From assembly GCA_038257035.1 (NCBI GenBank), contig JBBSJT010000013.1:1-31243 (forward strand): a stretch of 31,243 nucleotides of DNA, read 5' to 3'. A program made the position numbers and the translations under genes. Source of the stretch: Chlamydiia bacterium (GTDB taxonomy: Bacteria > Chlamydiota > Chlamydiia > Chlamydiales > Parachlamydiaceae). Of the stretch, positions 29,204-31,243 are shown piece after piece (position 1 is the first letter of the stretch; each line of letters begins with the position of its first letter). Below the pieces are notes generated by a model that saw only the letters and a program-made list of their open reading frames with translations, was not told the origin of the DNA and did no database searches.

Positions 29204-30442
29204 TTAAAAGTGGGTGACTAAGATGGCTTTTATAAAGAGTTCTAATGTTAGAGGTAGCGTATTTTCATTATAAAGGTTTAGGCTATCGCTTGGATTATTC
29301 TTATCAAAGGAGTCAATTAAATTTAAAAGTGCTTTAGCTGACCGAAAAGGGATTGTTGATCCTGATCCTGTCAGCGGATGACTGCCGCAACGTGCGTCTC
29401 CCCAAAGGATTAATGGCTTACCGTCATATAAAATAGCTCCCTTTTTAGCAATTGAGGGAACAGCTTGAAAATATGAAATGTGATTTACAGGACCAAGAAA
29501 CGGTAAATCTATTTTAGTAGAGTTATTAAACCCAAATAAGAACCATACGTAAGCAGGATTCTCTGTTTTTATATTAATTTGCTCTGGAACAGGGTTGAGG
29601 AGGGCTAATCTTGTGGCCTGCGAGGCCACACCGGCGCCTACCACTGTTGACTTAAATCCCCACCGAAACTTTTGATCTGCAACTTTTAGCCTTTCCTTGT
29701 GAAATCCGTCTGAAAGTTCAGTTGTTGGCACATAAGCTATTGCAGCTACGCCTGTCGTAAGGTATACAGGAAAATTTTCAAATTCGAAACTATTTACTAA
29801 CTCTTGATCTTCCAATTCTTGAAGTCCATTTGCTCCATTTGCTAAAATGGTGATATCAGTATTGGCTAGTTTTAAAGGAGAACAAATTTCACCAAAGTGA
29901 AATTTAACCCCTACTTGTCGACATAAAGTCACTAAAGCCTCTTGCAAATCGCCGATCGCAATTCTTATTGAACGAATTTTTTTGGGATCATCTAGTTCCA
30001 TCTCATATTGAATCAGATGTTCTCTTTCTAGGAGCTCATAGAGTTCATGATATTCTTCTTGAATTAGATTTGGACAATTAATAGAAATATTTTGCCAGCG
30101 TAAAGAAAATCCTTCAACTTTCCGTTTTTCATAAATAGTAACTTCGTGGCCTGTTCGTGCTAATGCATAAGCCGCTAACAAACCGCTAGGACCCGCACCA
30201 ATAACAGCAACACGATGAATTTGATATGTAGGCGTTCTATTTGTTTCTTTTGATAAAGAGGCTAAATATTCAGGATTCTGTCGAAAAAACTCTTTAATTA
30301 AATCACGGTTATTAAATTGAGGATGCTCTTGCATAATCTTTTCAGATTTGGCAACAACTTCCAAAACAAGGTCCTTTGTTGTTGTACAATGAGCAAAAGA
30401 AAAAAAAGATAACAAGATTATAACGCCGAAGAATTTTATCAT
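29204..30442 (-). CDS. FAD-dependent oxidoreductase/monooxygenase with signal peptide
   Basis: VAVIGAGPSG...YEKR, ILANGANG (DG motif variant), WGDA...HPLTGSG (GD motif). Confidence 0.85.
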   Translation of the reverse strand: MIKFFGVIILLSFFSFAHCTTTKDLVLEVVAKSEKIMQEHPQFNNRDLIKEFFRQNPEYLASLSKETNRTPTYQIHRVAVIGAGPSGLLAAYALARTGHEVTIYEKRKVEGFSLRWQNISINCPNLIQEEYHELYELLEREHLIQYEMELDDPKKIRSIRIAIGDLQEALVTLCRQVGVKFHFGEICSPLKLANTDITILANGANGLQELEDQELVNSFEFENFPVYLTTGVAAIAYVPTTELSDGFHKERLKVADQKFRWGFKSTVVGAGVASQATRLALLNPVPEQINIKTENPAYVWFLFGFNNSTKIDLPFLGPVNHISYFQAVPSIAKKGAILYDGKPLILWGDARCGSHPLTGSGSTIPFRSAKALLNLIDSFDKNNPSDSLNLYNENTLPLTLELFIKAILVTHF

Positions 30443-30631
30443 AAAAACCTTGTATCATAAGTTGAAGTATATCTTAACATGTATGCACTTTAGATCACAA
30501 CTAACCTCTTAAGTTTTTTCTGGTTACATTGTCGATGTTTTAGATGTAAGAGAATTTTTTTCATTATTCTTGCAATATTCGTTTTGAGCCTGCATAATTT
30601 TTTTTTAAGATTATACAAATAAGGTTAACAT

Positions 30632-31078
30632 ATGAAGAAATTATTATTGAATTTAGTACTTTTAGGTGCTTTAAGCACTATGAATGCACAAGAAATCCCC
30701 TATTACCTTCCGGAAGATTTTGCAGTTTATACCGATGGTGAAACGCTTATAAATTGGCAGCCCTCGCCTCAATATGAAGAAATCAAATTACCAACATTCA
30801 ATTTCTATCAAGGAGATAATGGCGGTTATCTAGCAATATGTACCCGTGAGCAAGAAATGGGTGTCTATAGCGTTGGTGATGGTATTTATGTCATGGGCCA
30901 AATAAGAGTAGAGGGCCACTATGAAGGGCGTATATTTATTCCAAAGGGTTTTAATGCGGGTGACGATATTACTCAGCAAATTGAATTTTTACAAATTTGT
31001 GAGATTTATTTCCCCAATATGAGAGGCCTTATGTGGGTAGGTGGAGATACCGGCGGTTGGTTCGGAATCCAAGAGTAA
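30632..31078 (+). CDS. Exported hypothetical protein
   Basis: Signal peptide (MNA-Q), AAGG RBS, C-terminal WVGGDTGGWFG. Confidence 0.8.
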   Translation: MKKLLLNLVLLGALSTMNAQEIPYYLPEDFAVYTDGETLINWQPSPQYEEIKLPTFNFYQGDNGGYLAICTREQEMGVYSVGDGIYVMGQIRVEGHYEGRIFIPKGFNAGDDITQQIEFLQICEIYFPNMRGLMWVGGDTGGWFGIQE

Positions 31079-31243
31079 CTTCAGGAATGATCTTTGTTGC
31101 ACCAGATCCGTGGTGCAGCGAGTTTTATTCAACCGGTGGTTTGGACACCCGCTAACGATAATAAAACGCACGGGGGTGGTATTAAATGATATTAAAATTT
31201 TTTTAATAAAGGATGTATTGTAGAAATGTTGACGGGGGTGTTA

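Noticed and set aside
1043..31223. Remaining short overlapping or antisense ORFs in the track (e.g. 1043-1282, 1741-1941, 9288-9662, 9970-10260, 16641-16910, 27517-27702, 30989-31171, 31041-31223)
   Set aside because: They overlap well-supported genes or lack an RBS and any recognisable protein features.
31170..31243. CRISPR array start suggested by the 62 bp spacing
   Set aside because: Only 9 bp are shared between two copies, and there are no cas genes.

Overview
AT-rich bacterial chromosomal accessory region. Gene content (N-terminal F-box protein, small OMP beta-barrel, many signal-peptide enzymes) suggests, by inference, an amoeba-associated intracellular bacterium such as an environmental Chlamydiae. 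In order, it contains: the 3' end of a helical-repeat protein; a cluster of intergenic palindromic elements; a GbsR/MarR regulator with a class C beta-lactamase-like hydrolase; a class D beta-lactamase; DUF952; an F-box/class II nucleotidyltransferase fusion; a GMC oxidoreductase broken by one in-frame TAA; an OMP; FkbM; SDR; a GNAT-DHFR-APH-APH operon; a channel/SOUL/YrbG/YbjT/DUF2878 run; three tandem paralogous signal peptide + novel N-domain + GXT-collagen + beta-helix + S74-chaperone fibre genes; AAA_28; a WGxxGxxG protein; a tRNA-CAT with a decayed copy of its 3' half about 490 bp downstream (island scar); a FAD monooxygenase; and a small exported protein. The strongest novelty candidates are the three-gene collagen/S74 fibre array and the F-box-NTase. 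All family calls come from motif recognition by eye, not from database searches.
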